Part shown: positions 40,031 to 53,559 of the stretch, in pieces
Layout of the letters: each line of letters starts with the position of its first letter
Numbering within the stretch: position 1 is the first letter of the stretch
Origin: Tubulanus polymorphus
Lineage: Eukaryota; Animalia; Nemertea
Direction of reading: 5' to 3'
DNA: 64,000 nucleotides
Assembly: GCF_964204645.1 (NCBI RefSeq)
Contig: NC_134025.1
Location: forward strand, 20,435,101-20,499,100
Notes under the pieces: generated by a model
What the model saw: only the letters and a program-made list of their open reading frames with translations
Told to the model about the DNA's origin: nothing
The model's database searches: none
Translations under genes and position numbers: made by a program

Positions 40031-40619
40031 AAAGCTAGGGGTATGTGAGCAATATGTCATATTGTTGATACATATGGTCTATTATCAAGGGGACATCCAC
40101 TACCTTCCCGATTGGAGTACATTTGAACTTCTTGTCAGTTATTATTGGACTACAGAATCAAATGACAAATTATGAAATCACAAAATCGAACAATAAGAGA
40201 GTTCTGAAATTTTCAACACCTTGGGCAATGTACATTGCATAATTTTGTGTTAAAATGAAATTCTACGTGAAACCAATTGACTTTTCACCGAAGACTTTGG
40301 ATTCATAAAACCACCATGCTGATACCCGGATGGATTAAGTTGCATAAATTTAGCTATATCAATTAAATTCGTCTAGTAACCTAGGTGACCGATGTGTTGA
40401 TTTCTAATGAAGTTACTCAACTTGCAAGTTGTCTGCGTGTAGGAAATTTAGAGACCCTTCTAGACCCTTCCCTAAAGATGGCTGCCTACGAAATTCCCCC
40501 ATGACATCATCAAATTACCTACTAGCGATTACAACCAATAGAAAACAGTAATACGGAAGCGCAAAAAACCCCAACACCGGCAGGTGATGAATGAGTTTAT
40601 TGTACTAGTAATTAGTTAC

Positions 40620-40803
40620 CTGATATGCGGAGGGATCTTTCGATCCAGTGTCCGCTCCCCGCAACGTCCAATAAAAGGACGAAATTTCGATAGTCTCATT
40701 GGCCAGTTGGATCAGCTTCATCCATGTGTGATACGTCGATGGGTAGCTCGGTGCACCAGGGTTGTATACTAAGCCCTCCGGTATACTTTCGACTAAACTG
40801 AAT
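40620..40803 (-). CDS. PLD3: PLD3-like exon
   Basis: FSLVESIPEGLVYNPGAPSYPSTYHTWMKLIQLANETIEISSFYWTLRGADTGSKDPSAYQ, with the LVESIP and SFYWTL family motifs. AG/GT sites, phase 2 to 0. Confidence 0.96.
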
Positions 40804-41612
40804 CTGGAAATAAAATTTCAAAGTGCGCGAAATGAAAATTCAACTAAAGGAATCAACGAGAGAATAAATTGATAGTTGGGAAGGTTTTCATGCACGGAAA
40901 ATTGTGAGGAGGCGGCCAGGACGATGCAGGTATTCATTGATCTAAGTCATGACTCGCAATTCAAAGTTCTTTTCCGGTTCATCTCTTTCGAATTGTAATC
41001 GTCTCCTGACATTTCGCGATCAGTTATTTCAAATGATTTCTGATGTTTGTAGTCGGGCTTAGCGTTAGCGAGTTGACACAGGTGAATTTGTGGCGGATGA
41101 GCACCGCAGAAGATACATCACCTCCGACGCGGAGGTGATAGCTCCGGAGTCATAAAATCTGATAAATGACGGGAATAAAAGCCCCTAGTGTCGATTACAA
41201 GAATGTGGCGGCGATTGGGATGACAGAGCGCTAAAGATCAAACCAATACCAATAAATATCCCGCTGAAGAACGACGTAATCTGCGTCTAATGATATTTCC
41301 ACCGATTGAAGGATGTATAAAGCGAATTATAGTCTTTCATCATCGTCTGCACGTGAAAAAAAGGCGTAGTCACCGCTAGTTCAACGATGGCGACGCAAAT
41401 TTCCGAGAATTATATTTCCCCGTATTTACGAATTACTTGAATACACTCGCTCATCTGTGGTTAGGGGAAATACTGAAATAAAGAGATACTACGATGATGT
41501 TTCACCTGTTACCTAAGTATTGTAGCCAATACGAAGTCCACAGGCGATAGATAACTGGATGAAAAATTTTGCACCACAATCAGCAACAAAATTGTTGCCT
41601 GTGAAGTGTAAC

Positions 41613-41941
41613 AGCCGCGATCACACATGCATTTTTGGCCAGCCGGAACAACTGTTCACACAGCATAAGCTGCTATCACACAAGCGTTTTTGGTTCAGAT
41701 CAGATTTGGCCCAACCAGAAATGTAGGACCAAGCCAGATTTTAGCACTGCTCAAATAAGTGCATATGATTTGCTACTGGGTCTGGAAGTGACTCACTTTC
41801 AAATTTGGTTAAGCATTGTTCAGTATCGAGTGAGTGGTTTACATGTGAACACGCTCTCTAATTAGGCACGGGCCAAATTTGACTCGGGCCCGATCCATGC
41901 CAATTTGTCCCTAGCCAAATCGTCTCCGTGTGATCGCGGCT
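41613..41941. mobile_element. MITE family A copy
   Basis: Perfect AGCCGCGATCACAC / GTGTGATCGCGGCT TIRs. Confidence 0.86.
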
Positions 41942-42629
41942 TAAGTGTTTTTAATTCAAAGCATCTGCCACTCTAAATGATAGGACAGTTCTATGAAGTG
42001 TCTATAATCCATGCCGGATACAAGCTGTGTGTAGTCGCGACGTGTTGTTCATTCAAACGTTTTCACCGATACAGAACGTCAAATGATTAATCGAAGTCGA
42101 ACCAGTTCGTCGATTGATCAATACGCCTGGCCGATCGGATTTTAGTCAAATTTCCATTTTGAGAACATCCTGAAGATTATAAACGAGGTCTCCGAGCGCC
42201 GTGCATTGAATAGTACGCAAGGGCTTTCAAAATAAATCTATAAAAATGCTAAAATGTTGATAAATTTTGTTGATACTTTGTTGGTCGTAAAATGTTGTCA
42301 ATTCATAGATAATTTCCATTATTAAACCCCAGACCCCTTTTATGTTTTCATACTTCAGGGCTGGCCATGGAGACTATGTTAACATTCTACTTTTGAAAAT
42401 GTCCTTGATTTGAAAATGTTTCCTTGTTTTTAGAATATTTTTTCGCTTATTCTTTACTTCTCTGGGTCTCCTAGATTTTCATTATTACCTTTTGTTGTAA
42501 AAATATTCACACGAAGCCCAGTCAATTTTTCTATTACCAGTGTATGATGTAATTTTGAAATACAAAATAAATTCATTGATTCATGTCTCTGTATTCATCA
42601 AACAAATCAAAGCAGTATTTCTCGTTATA

Positions 42630-43023
42630 AGCTGTGTTCACACTTAGGATTTTAGTACGGTACTAAGCGTTCACACTTGGAAATCATTCTAGGCTTATTC
42701 GCGGCTTATTCAGTTCCGTACTGATATACGCGGCTTATTAAGCCGATCTCACTACGGAACTGATCTGGGCGCGTATTTTCTGTAGTGTGAACGCAGATTC
42801 AGCCTTAACTAGCCGCGTATTTACATCTTCGTAGTACAATACACTCAACACTAATTACACCGCATCATATCGGCACATCGGATGACTACTATACTATTAC
42901 TAAGAGCCAAATTGCCGACTCTACGTGTAAATGTAACTGGCTGTGTAAGCGCCGTATTTTGGTGAAATAGGCACCAGCAAAGTACGGTACTTTGTAAGCG
43001 CCATATCTCGTGTGAACACGGCT
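42630..43023. mobile_element. MITE family C (Harbinger-like)
   Basis: AGCTGTGTTCACAC...GTGTGAACACGGCT with ATA on both flanks. A related partial copy lies at about 61766-61985. Confidence 0.8.
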
Positions 43024-43574
43024 ATAGTATAGTAACAAATACTGAATATCACGAACAGTTGGCAGCTCGGTAGATGATTGAAATAGTTGACGGGTGGCAA
43101 CATTTATCTGATTTTGATAACTTCAATAGCGCTTTTGATGCGGAAGAAAGATTTTAGCTCGACGAAGCTTTTTTAAGTACAATTTGTGCTACGATGGTGA
43201 TGAGATGATCGTGAGACATATGCTTTTATCTGATATCCCTGACTTTGCCATAACTTTTCCCTGAACATTTACCAAAATTCCATGACCAAAGTTGTCTCCA
43301 CTACGGTATATTTCATTTCGAATTTTTAGACAGCAATGAAAAAGGCATGCATTTTTGTGCATAAAAACAGTCTTCCCTGCTTTCCCAGGATTTTGACCTT
43401 TTTCATAAAATTCCCTGACTATTTTAGGAGAAAATCAAATTCCCTGATTTTTCCCTGATTTCCCTGAATTCTATATGAGTGGCAGCCCTAGTTGACAAGT
43501 GGTATTCAGTAAGGATGAGCATTCATCTGTCATCATCATCATCAACGACATGAAATATAAGCGAAATTACTTAC

Positions 43575-43831
43575 ATGCATTGATCAGTGCAAACAGCAGG
43601 CTTCGACGACGCTAACAATTCATCGGCGGCGGCGTCTTCATTGCGGTCATCTGACAGCACTAGCGGAAGAATAACTACGAGACTTGTTATGATGACAATA
43701 ATGGACACGGGAATAACCGCCGGTTTCATACAGCGCCATTTATCCGGGTTTTCCTTATCGACGACGAAGTCGACTCTGACAGCGGATAATGGACGAGAGC
43801 CCTTTGCATTCACCTGTTTGTTACGACTTTC
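43575..43831 (-). CDS. PLD3: PLD3-like exon with type II transmembrane anchor
   Basis: gttctag acceptor and GTAAGT donor, phase 0 to 2. Encodes ESRNKQVNAKG...WRCMKPAVIPVSIIVIITSLVVILPLVLSDD...CTDQC. Confidence 0.88.
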
Positions 43832-45003
43832 CTAGAACGACAGAACAAAGACGACTATAGCGATCAAATGTTTTTCTGGAGTAGGTTTTCTGTCATAAAG
43901 CAGGGGGAACTTAAGGGGGCATCGATTTTGATAAACATATGCACCTGCCCCCCAAAAATGTCAACAAGCCCTGGAAAAAGAAATGAAGAGTGTAATTCGA
44001 CATTAAAAAAATGGTAATTGAAAATGAACCAGAAATAAATCTAATTTTAGCAAGCTTTTGATTGTCAGGTCTGGCTACCCCATCCCGTTTCAAGAATTCT
44101 AGATTAGTTCATGATATGTACGCTGAAAAAGAGATTCTAAAGTGAATGAAATTGCACAAAAGTAAAGTTTGCATTAAGCAATATACAAAGGACAATAAAC
44201 CTAGCTTAGGTCTACTAGGTTTTCTTGAGTTTTTTTAAAACAGGGATACATGAGTCATCTCCTTGAAAGAAATTATGAAATGCAATCACAAACTATCAAT
44301 AAAATCATTTCGATGTCATTCAGGAAGCAGCGCTAAATAGGTGACCTTCATTAAATAAGTGACCTTCATTTTTTCAGTTGAACAATATCAAAGTTTTTTC
44401 TATCATTTCCTACATATCTACAGTACTAAAACTGTTGATAGACGATTGAGCAAAAACCCAAATATAATCAGTCATTTTAGTGGGGCTTCCCTCAATGATA
44501 TCGGCAAGACTGGAAATAGTCTCAACTATTTACAATATTGATAAACTATTGAAAAAATGCTTAGTACAGGTTTGCAGACAAGTTGTCATGCGCTTAACCG
44601 GCAATTTTCAAGATTTTCTTGGTCTCAGACAAGCAGCATCATTGAATACATTACAATATACTCATCAATTATCTTTTTCAACCTTGCCTAACTCAATATA
44701 AGAATACCTTTAAACGTTAAAACGTTGGGTTCTGGCTCTGGGTCTGGAGTCAGATTTGCAAAACCATTGACAATTGATACTGCATTTAAAAAAGAACGTT
44801 TAAGAAGATCTCAGAAACTTACATTTTTTATACTAGATATCGTTAATGCCAAAACAAACTTTAACTCAACTTTTCTAACTCCTAAATCAGTCACATTTAC
44901 TCCTATCTGTTCTCGGCACCGCTGTCAGTATGCTGACGCAAAACTTGAAAGCCCCTGTATTGTAATAATCCCGTCCTGAGAAACTGACAAATCATTCACA
45001 TAC

Positions 45004-45063
45004 CCTATCTGTCTCCTCTTCATCCTCAAACAAAGCTTCCATAATCGGCAACGCCACGAACAT
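45004..45063 (-). CDS. PLD3: PLD3-like, nearest candidate first coding exon
   Basis: (MFVALPI)MEALFEDEEETDR followed by a GTATGT donor. Phase 0, joins in frame to the exon starting at 43831. Confidence 0.55.
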
Positions 45064-46665
45064 CAGCGCAGAAATGAAATTGCTATTTGTACATGATACA
45101 ACTGTAACTATGTTAAACGCTCAAAGCAAACATGACTATTGGTGGGGATTGATTCATAATCAAATCAATAATCAACTATTTTTAAAACGACGCTCTAAAA
45201 TAAAAAGCTCAAAATAGAGCCATTAAGTAAAGGTAAATTTGCCGGTTCACGGGTTAGAACCGAGGGAGTGCTTCAGGGGACGACGCGCGCATGTTTAAGT
45301 GGAGAAAAGAAGACGTCTATTTAATCAAATAGTTCTCTTGCACTTCGTCGAGCTGTCATCCCGTAGCGTGAACAGAAGTATAGCTACAACTAATGGTGAA
45401 GGATAACTCTTTTCATTACTAGCGCATTAAAACAATATTTGTAGTAGCTATAACCTCAGGTGAATATATCATCATGTATCTGCTGTTCGATATGGTGGGG
45501 GGGGGGGGGGCATGTGTCTCACAATGATCTCATCATCATCGTAGCACATATTGTACGTATATACATGCTTCGTCGAGCTAAAATCTTTCTTCCGCATCAA
45601 AAGCACTATTAAAAGCACAATGCTGTTGGCCTCGAAGCTGGCATTTAAGAAAGTCATCTCGGATATATACGTGTACTCTGAGGGCATACACACGTAAAAA
45701 GAAACCGTTGAAAGGTTATGGAAGAATGACAGCCGTTATTATGACATGTCTACATTCTGAGGGCAGACAGAATGTGATTTGCATCATTGGATTTTATCAT
45801 TATTGCACAATGATGTCAGCCTGGGCAAACTTCGGTTATTGCAGTTAATCGGCAAGAAAACTAACTTGAAAGTTTATTGACGCCTGGAAAATAACACACA
45901 TATTACTCGATATTGTCGATAATAAATAATATGACATCCATGTATATCAACGAACAATTAAGTTAATTTGAATATATTGACAATTGAAATGAATTGACCG
46001 GCAACCAGTTTAGCCATAATATTGATGACGAGAAATCAACATCCTCTCAAAAAATTCATCTTTTTAAAAGATATAAAGTTTATAACAAGGGTTGTGGAAT
46101 TTATGTAATTAAAAGATAAACGCAGATTCAATTGTAACTGTTATTTTGAAACACCACAACTGATGACACATGTAGTGCACATCGACTCACACGAAACCAC
46201 TTGACTAACGCATAGTAGTTATCAATATCTAAAATCATTATCTAAGAGTTTATACGGCTTAAAAAAACTGCAGTTTAGCTAGATACTTAATATCTTTTCT
46301 ACTTCAAATGGATAACAAAACTACCACACACAGGCCATTTTCCTGATCACAATTGCCACATCCTCGGTGCATTTTACTGCATTACATCGTGAATCCTGTT
46401 CAAACGTGGTAAAAAAAACTCCAAAATTTAGCAAAAATTCCAACTGAATTCTTAGATAAATTCCGAATTAATTTTTGGATATAACTCCGCGCACCTTGGC
46501 CTGGTTTAATGGACTGGTATTACTTTTAACCGGGGGCAAAATTAACTCATTTTCAATTGATTGAGCCCCGGGGTTAAAGGGAATACCAGTCTATAAAAAC
46601 GGGCCTAATTTTTCTACCTGCAGTTTCAATTGTCGACGGTTTTGCAAATCTGACTTCAGACCCAG

Positions 46666-46766
46666 GGCCCAGTTTCACAAAAAGTATTAAGGCCTATATT
46701 GATTTTAAGATAAACTGACTAAGTGAAGATATCAAATCGATTTAAACCTTTTTGCGAAACTGGGCC
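46666..46766. mobile_element. ~100-bp mini-MITE with CWG target duplication (Harbinger-like)
   Basis: CAG|GGCCCAGTTTCACAAAAAG...CTTTTTGCGAAACTGGGCC|CTG. Relatives at about 4958, 24001-24103, 32701-32815, 33415, 34879-35000, 38217-38356 and 46498-46606. Confidence 0.8.
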
Positions 46767-47595
46767 CTGAGCCAGAACCCAGTTAAATGCATGACCCGCG
46801 CCAAGTTCTAAGTTCTAATAGCGTGATATTACCTCCTCAGGGTCCTGTATCGGTACGGGAATGAATAAAGTCTTCGGAACTGATATCACTTGTACGGTTG
46901 AAGTAGCAGAAAACTGATCTCGCAAGAAAACGGCAGTCTGCATTTTTGCCTGCCGTACACATAGAACGATACAACAATTAACGACCCGACCTGATAAGAG
47001 GAGAGAGAGATACCCTGTATTTGCAAATTGGTTGTCCACTATCCTAGCATAATGGAGCTGGTCACTCGATGTCAAAATTTCGTGTGATATATGATATACG
47101 TAGGGTATTCGATAACTGAATGGGCCAGTGCTACAGGGAAAAGACAGGAGGCAATCAATGCGCGAACGCACGTCCTCATTAGATAGAATATAATGATGGT
47201 CAGGAGAAATATAGGTACCATGTATACATATAATTAAAGATATATATGTAATATATACATGTATACAATTAAAGGTCTATATATATGTGGAAGATTTTAT
47301 ATCAGGTTGATATAATACATAGGGGAAATCTGTTCGTTCGTACAGGTTTAACAAAGCCGGTCAAAGAAAATCTATACACTTTTCTCCTCTCCGTCCGAGG
47401 AGAAATCGTATTTTCAATCAGACATACTTGATCGAAGCACCGCAAATTTCCGTTTAAAAGTTGCAACTAGATGAAGCAGGGACTCCGCAACCGATCATTG
47501 CAACAGCTAGGGGCACAAACATGAGGGTATTCTTTGCGCCCCATTGCGACGATTGAATTCAGTGGGTATACCAAACCGAAGTGAGATATGGTTAA

Positions 47596-47884
47596 CCCTT
47601 TCAGTGCTGACTAATTAATACCCCCATAGTGCTGGAGATAGTTTGAAGATTTTGAAAAATACCGACCTAGTGTGCTGAATAACGGGAATACCACAATAGT
47701 GCGTCTACACCGCAATGCAGCGTATCGTTATTTACTAATATTTCACTATGTTTGGCAGGTGCTGTCATCTTTCAATAGAGATAAAAACTAATCACTAATT
47801 ACACCAATATACCGCAGTGTGGTGTACTAGCAAAATCCATCACCGATTTATACACCGCACTGCGGTGTAGATGCACTGAAAGGG
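47596..47884. mobile_element. piggyBac-like MITE
   Basis: TTAA TSD and CCCTTTCAGTGC TIRs; same family as 18033. Confidence 0.88.
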
Positions 47885-48269
47885 TTAACATTTGACAATT
47901 AACATTGACAATTTGAAACCAGGGACCGCATATTTTTTACTGCACTTCACAAAATTTGCTTATCTAATTCATATTAATATATATTCATCTTAATATATAT
48001 ATCAATAATATCTTAGGATCCGTAAAACCTATATTTGCAATTTTTTCAGAGCTTAAAGACCGTCATAAGCCTGGTTGCCATTTTTAGAATATCTACAATA
48101 GCTATAATATATACAACTCATCTTCAACCACATGAGTTTGAGATTATGCAACAGAAGGATTTCCCATGGAACAGCGTTGCTACTTCACTGAACATTGAGA
48201 TTTGCAAAAAGAAGAGCTACTTTATAGCACTTATATTACTTTTTTCCAGTGTAAATGCTCGGTCTGTCC

Positions 48270-48585
48270 ATAATTGTATGGACCAAATATGGCCATTGCC
48301 AAATAAGGCAAGGAACAACTGTTCACACGCATGCCAAATGGGCCCGCTCCATTTTAGCCCAACCAAAAATATTGGACCAGGTCCAACCAAATTGCACCAC
48401 GGGTAAAATGATTGCGTGTGAATTACAAGGTTCCAGAAGTAACCCACTTCGAAGCATTGTTTAGTATTGAGTTAGGGGTTTACATGCAAACGCACTCTCT
48501 AATTAGGCACAGGCCAAATTCGGCTCAAGCCTGATGCATGCCAATTTGGCCTGGGCTGAAGCGCCTCAGTGAAGTGATGGCGGCT
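48270..48585. mobile_element. MITE family A, degenerate copy
   Basis: Family body; right end GTGATGGCGGCT. Confidence 0.75.
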
Positions 48586-50965
48586 ACAGTTGCCCGGTAG
48601 AATGCTACTACAGTTAAGGTATGACGTAAGTTTCGCGCGTATGGTTCGGCATAAAAATCTATTTATCTCAGCATCACGGAGTGGTGATAAATCTCCATCA
48701 ACTCAGACATCAGCTTATTATTTCCATCTCAGGAGCAAAGTACCTCATATCTTGTGATAACAAGATATGCTGTGATTCAATTTTACGAAATAAAACCTAT
48801 TTTTCGTCTAAAACAAACCCTCAGATAATGGAGTTTTCACAACGACTTTCTAAAGCGTAATTAAGGAAACATGATATAATACAAACGAAAATGATTGAGA
48901 TTTTTGACACTTTAAAAACTGTAACAATAATGTTTAACATTATATACATTGATACCGGGTATGTGTTACTTTAGGGGTTAAGGGGCTTTGTGTGAGTGGA
49001 TGTGCACTACGTCATCAATATCGGCGTTTCAAAATTACAATTGTTTGATATTGGTGTTAATTTTGTAATTAAATAAATTTCTTAATTTTCTAAATTTCTT
49101 CATTGTAATTAAAATTAATCATTTTCTACTTCTTCATGTCTTTTTGATGATGAATTTAGATAGCAATTAGGATATTGTTTGAGTGGATGTGTAGGACTTC
49201 ATCATGTTATTTTGTTTAAAGTCATCAATAAACTTTCAAGTTAGTTTTTTTGTCTAGATGTGTCAGTAACCTCCGGAAGCAATGGGATACCGGCAAGGCT
49301 ACTGAAGGTAGCAAGGATTCGCGAAAATCCGCAAGGACCGCTAGTGGCACTGAGTTACCGCGTTTCAATTTGTACATTTCAATTAATTGGAGTCAACTTT
49401 TCCAATAAGCAAATCAATTTTCAGTGAAATCAATACCATATGCTGAGTGGGAAAGGGAATCTTGTATCTATCCAATGAATTGTTTGATAATTCTCGGATT
49501 TGGAAGCCTAGAGATCAAGTTCAATTTCATTGAAAATGAACTGATTTTCACTACGAATAACCCAGGAAGAAAGCCACTAAATATTTGGATGGATATATGA
49601 AAGCTGTGGGTACTGGAGTTTGTAATGGGTAGTGTAGTGTGATCTGTGTGCATTTGTGGCCAGCACACAGATCACATTGTTCAATGGGGTTTGGTCCAGG
49701 ACTCGCGAGATTTTCAACAACACGGAAGTAACGTGTAATAAATGATGACTTGAATTGCATGACTACCTACCACCCCTCATTATTGTTGGAAAACTAAACG
49801 TTCCGCACTGACTAAAAATTAGTAATAATAATTAATAACATTTTAGAAATGGCCAGAATTTTAACTTAGGTTCTATCTCATTTTTATTTTACAATAGCGA
49901 TTGGTATAATTTTTTTTTAAATGGCCGTTAACGCTTCATGTTTCGTCTGCAATTCACTGCAAATAGTTACGCACTACGCACATTTCAGTGTTTTTGGCAG
50001 CTGTACACTCAATCGGCACCGTTCGTGACTAGCTTCACTGCGGAAGTATCATTAATTAACATCGCCATATCACATCATCAACTTATATTGTGCCTTAAAA
50101 CCCTAACAGCCGAAATAATTGAAATGCACACACGATTTCTATCATTGAAAATTGAGAGAGTGGCCGTGTTTGTGTTCTGCTGCTTTGCGTAAATCCCGCG
50201 CGGTGGCGCAACCGCGCGGAGTGGGGCCGATACGTCCAGTGTTTTATTGCGCCATCTGGTTTGCTGCCATCCCATTAGAGGGCATATCCCTTCAGTAGTT
50301 GAGCAAATTTACAAATGGGAGGAACCTTTTCATCATGAGTTTCAGTTAACAATCCATACTTTTGTATTTTTGATCATCCTCACAAATATATCTTTTTTAA
50401 CATCAAAAAGCTGATGTTAAGCCCACAGGGTTATAGCAAGCATTTAGAATGAGATCACAACTTCATAATATCAATTTTCGCACAGTGCCAATCTTCAACG
50501 TAAAACCATTTCATCCCAAAGTCTAAATCTAGTTCACCCGATTACTTAGTTTAAATCAATAATTCTTTTCTATTTGTAGATTTACAAAAATAATGCCATG
50601 AAAGCAAAATGTAGTGAGGTTTTCAAATTTTTATGTATTGTTAAAAGACTTGCCACAAACATCATGCAGATTCACTCATCAAATGCATTCACACGTTCAT
50701 TCTAGGACTCTGGGAGAATGGTAATGCAGTAATATGGTTTTTTTCAAAACTTAAAATAGGGATTGACCTTGTTATTTATTTACTGATTGGTAGATTTTGT
50801 TTTATTTTTGTTTTGATTTGGTGTCCCTTACATATCTGCCATACCTGTCGGGAACTAAACAGGGGGTTTGATTTTGAAATCGAAGTATAATATGATATTA
50901 AGAGCCATATACTTGACCACACCTCCCATGCACCGGTGGTACATAAAATTTAGTGATCTTCTTAT

Positions 50966-51168
50966 CAGAGCTGCCAACTGTCCATGATTGTCAGGGACAG
51001 TCCCTGAAAATGCCTCTCTGTCCCTGCTAGCGTTATTTCATGTGTTTGAGAATGCTGTCCCTGAAACAGTTTCTACTGTCCCTCAAAAAATTGTTTCAAT
51101 TCTTCATTTTTTCCTTATTTTGTCCCTGAAAATTTACTTTGATCCCTGATCTGGTAATCGATAGGTCT
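50966..51168. mobile_element. hAT-like MITE, inverted copy of 984-1188
   Basis: CAGAGCTGCCAACTGTCCATGATTGTCAGGGACAGTCCCTGAAAATGCC is the near reverse complement of 1139-1188. Confidence 0.7.
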
Positions 51169-51999
51169 GGCCTATGATCTTTTCATATCTTAATCACAGT
51201 TTGTAGCAAAGATTTTTTTACAGAGGTTTTGAATACGCCTTAGGAAAGAACCCACTTTACCAGCAGGCTTGAGTGCACATTTTAAGAATTAGAAATAACT
51301 ACGCGACGACCTGTTTCCTGTGTCCAGAACAAAAGCTTAAAGTTTACCCTTTCGGTCAGCGGTAAATTTTTCAAAGATTTTCCCAATCGAACAAAATACA
51401 AATTAATTCTTATCAAAAGCTTACCTCGAGATAAAAGAAATCCAGCAATGTCAACATGGTTAGTCAGCGGTGGCAGTGGCGGGCGAGTGAATATCGGAGA
51501 TATGTTATCTGCCCATCAGACGTTTCTATCTATGTTATAGATAACGTTGTTGTTGATGATGATGATGGTATCGGACTCTACTGATGCGTCTCGATAACCG
51601 ATGAAGTCTCCCGAGAGATACGCGCATATTACTATTATTACATATCAATTAACAATACCTTTCCATCTCGTACACAATATGACACGAAGACGTCTACATA
51701 TATACGTATATATTCATAAATCTGTCATATACAATAACTTTGATAATTGAATCCGAGAGAGCCGAGGAGACACGAAATTATCATCAATATCGCGAGTACG
51801 CATAAATTCAATAGTCAATGAATTTAATACACTGTCGGCCGGTCGATGTATTCAAATCTTGTTGATCTTTACGCATGACTAAAACCCACAATACTAGAGA
51901 AAAACTGAACGAGCATTTGACATTTCGACCGAATTTTTATGGGCCATCTTCAAAAACTGATTTATCACGTAACGCAGCGGGAAGCCACAGGGTTACTAT

Positions 52000-52264
52000 A
52001 GCCGCGATCACACACGGGACGATTTGGCCCGGATCAGGCCCTAAGTCAAATTTGGCCCGTGCCTAATTAGAGAACGCGCTTACACACACACACCACTCAC
52101 TCGATACTAAACAATGCTCAACAAAGCTAAGTCAGTCACTTTTGGAACCAGCTGCAATTCGAACGCAATCATTTGACCTATGCTAAAATTTGGCCGGGGC
52201 CTGGTCTGCCATTTTGGTCAGGCCAAATTTGGTCCGGACCAAAAACGCTTGTGCGATCGCGGCT
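52000..52264. mobile_element. MITE family A copy
   Basis: Both TIRs and a TAT target duplication. Further degenerate copies at about 12225-12360, 55580-55759 and 60245-60435. Confidence 0.87.
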
Positions 52265-53559
52265 TATGTGATGCCAGGGCCTGGTTTCACGAATGGGGGA
52301 GGGGTGTGTTTAAATGCTTACTTTGTTAAATTGATGATTAAATCTGTTTCACAAACATGAATTAGCGAAAAATCAACTAACTAAAGTTATCTCGGAAATT
52401 AATTCCGAATGAGCTTCCCATAAAATGCATTAGTCGTATAACATGAACATACATGTGCGGTTTCATTCATATGACGCCCATGCGATGTCATGAGAATCTT
52501 GATGGTATGGTGAAATTGAATTTGATCATTTCGTATTTTCTTTTAAATTCTTTCACAAATGAAATGAATACATTCTAGAAATCTATAGGTCTAATATGAT
52601 AGATATCTTCATTACTGAAATTGTCGATCAATTCAAAATGTTGTCCTTGTTTGCATTCGAGTCTAGCTCCCGCTAACAGTGCAGTAGCCAATTTTTGCAG
52701 TAACTAATATGAATTAGCTAATTTAATCCTGGCAGATTTGAGATTGTTTTCAGTAAAGCGCTTTTAAGCAATGAATTATCATTATCATTAATTTTATGAA
52801 AATAACCCCCCAAACCCAGGTCTGGCAACAACATTGCATTTATGATAGCTATGCAGTTATTTGGTTTCTCATCAGTTATTCCATGAAAATTGATTAATTC
52901 ATACAATATCATTGATCCATATGAAAACCATTCACAATTCTAGGCCAAAATGGGCACTTTTGGAATCAAAGATGGCCACCAGTCAGCCGTCTGGGATGGC
53001 ATTATGACCTAGATTCCTAAACTGACATATAGCGTCATCTTATATTCTATGTGATATATGAATGCACTGTCAATGCATTACTTTTCTGATCTTTATTGAA
53101 CGCCTGAATTGTCCTCAGACGTCTTTCAGTTGCGGGTAGGCCTAATGATGGACCCACAGGACCCAGTAAAAGGGTTAACGATAGCGCAATATCATCATCA
53201 CGTAAAGCCATTGTACTGGAATGAAACTAGTTGAGCGACGTACGTGGAACGGCATTTAAATTCTGATCGCACCGGAAATGATTTTTCTTCGAAAATGATT
53301 TACTAACAAACCCACGCATGCGTACATGCTCGACAAATAGACCGTAAACGAAAATTCAATTCGAACATATTTGAATTTTTATGATTCCATCGATCAAGCC
53401 GCTGCATGCAATGAATCAGGTATTCGAATCAAACATCAACGCATGTGTTCATACAGGGGTGGATTCAGGGGCGTCTTACGAAATTTTACGGCAAATTCAT
53501 TAGAATAGAGCATGCCGGCAGTGGCGTCCTTCTGAAAAATTCCTTGGTCCGAAAAGCCA

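Noticed and set aside
41437-41472. 36-nt micro-exon candidate in a PLD3 intron with AG/GT sites
   Set aside because: Contains TGA in the required phase-2 frame and has a weak donor.
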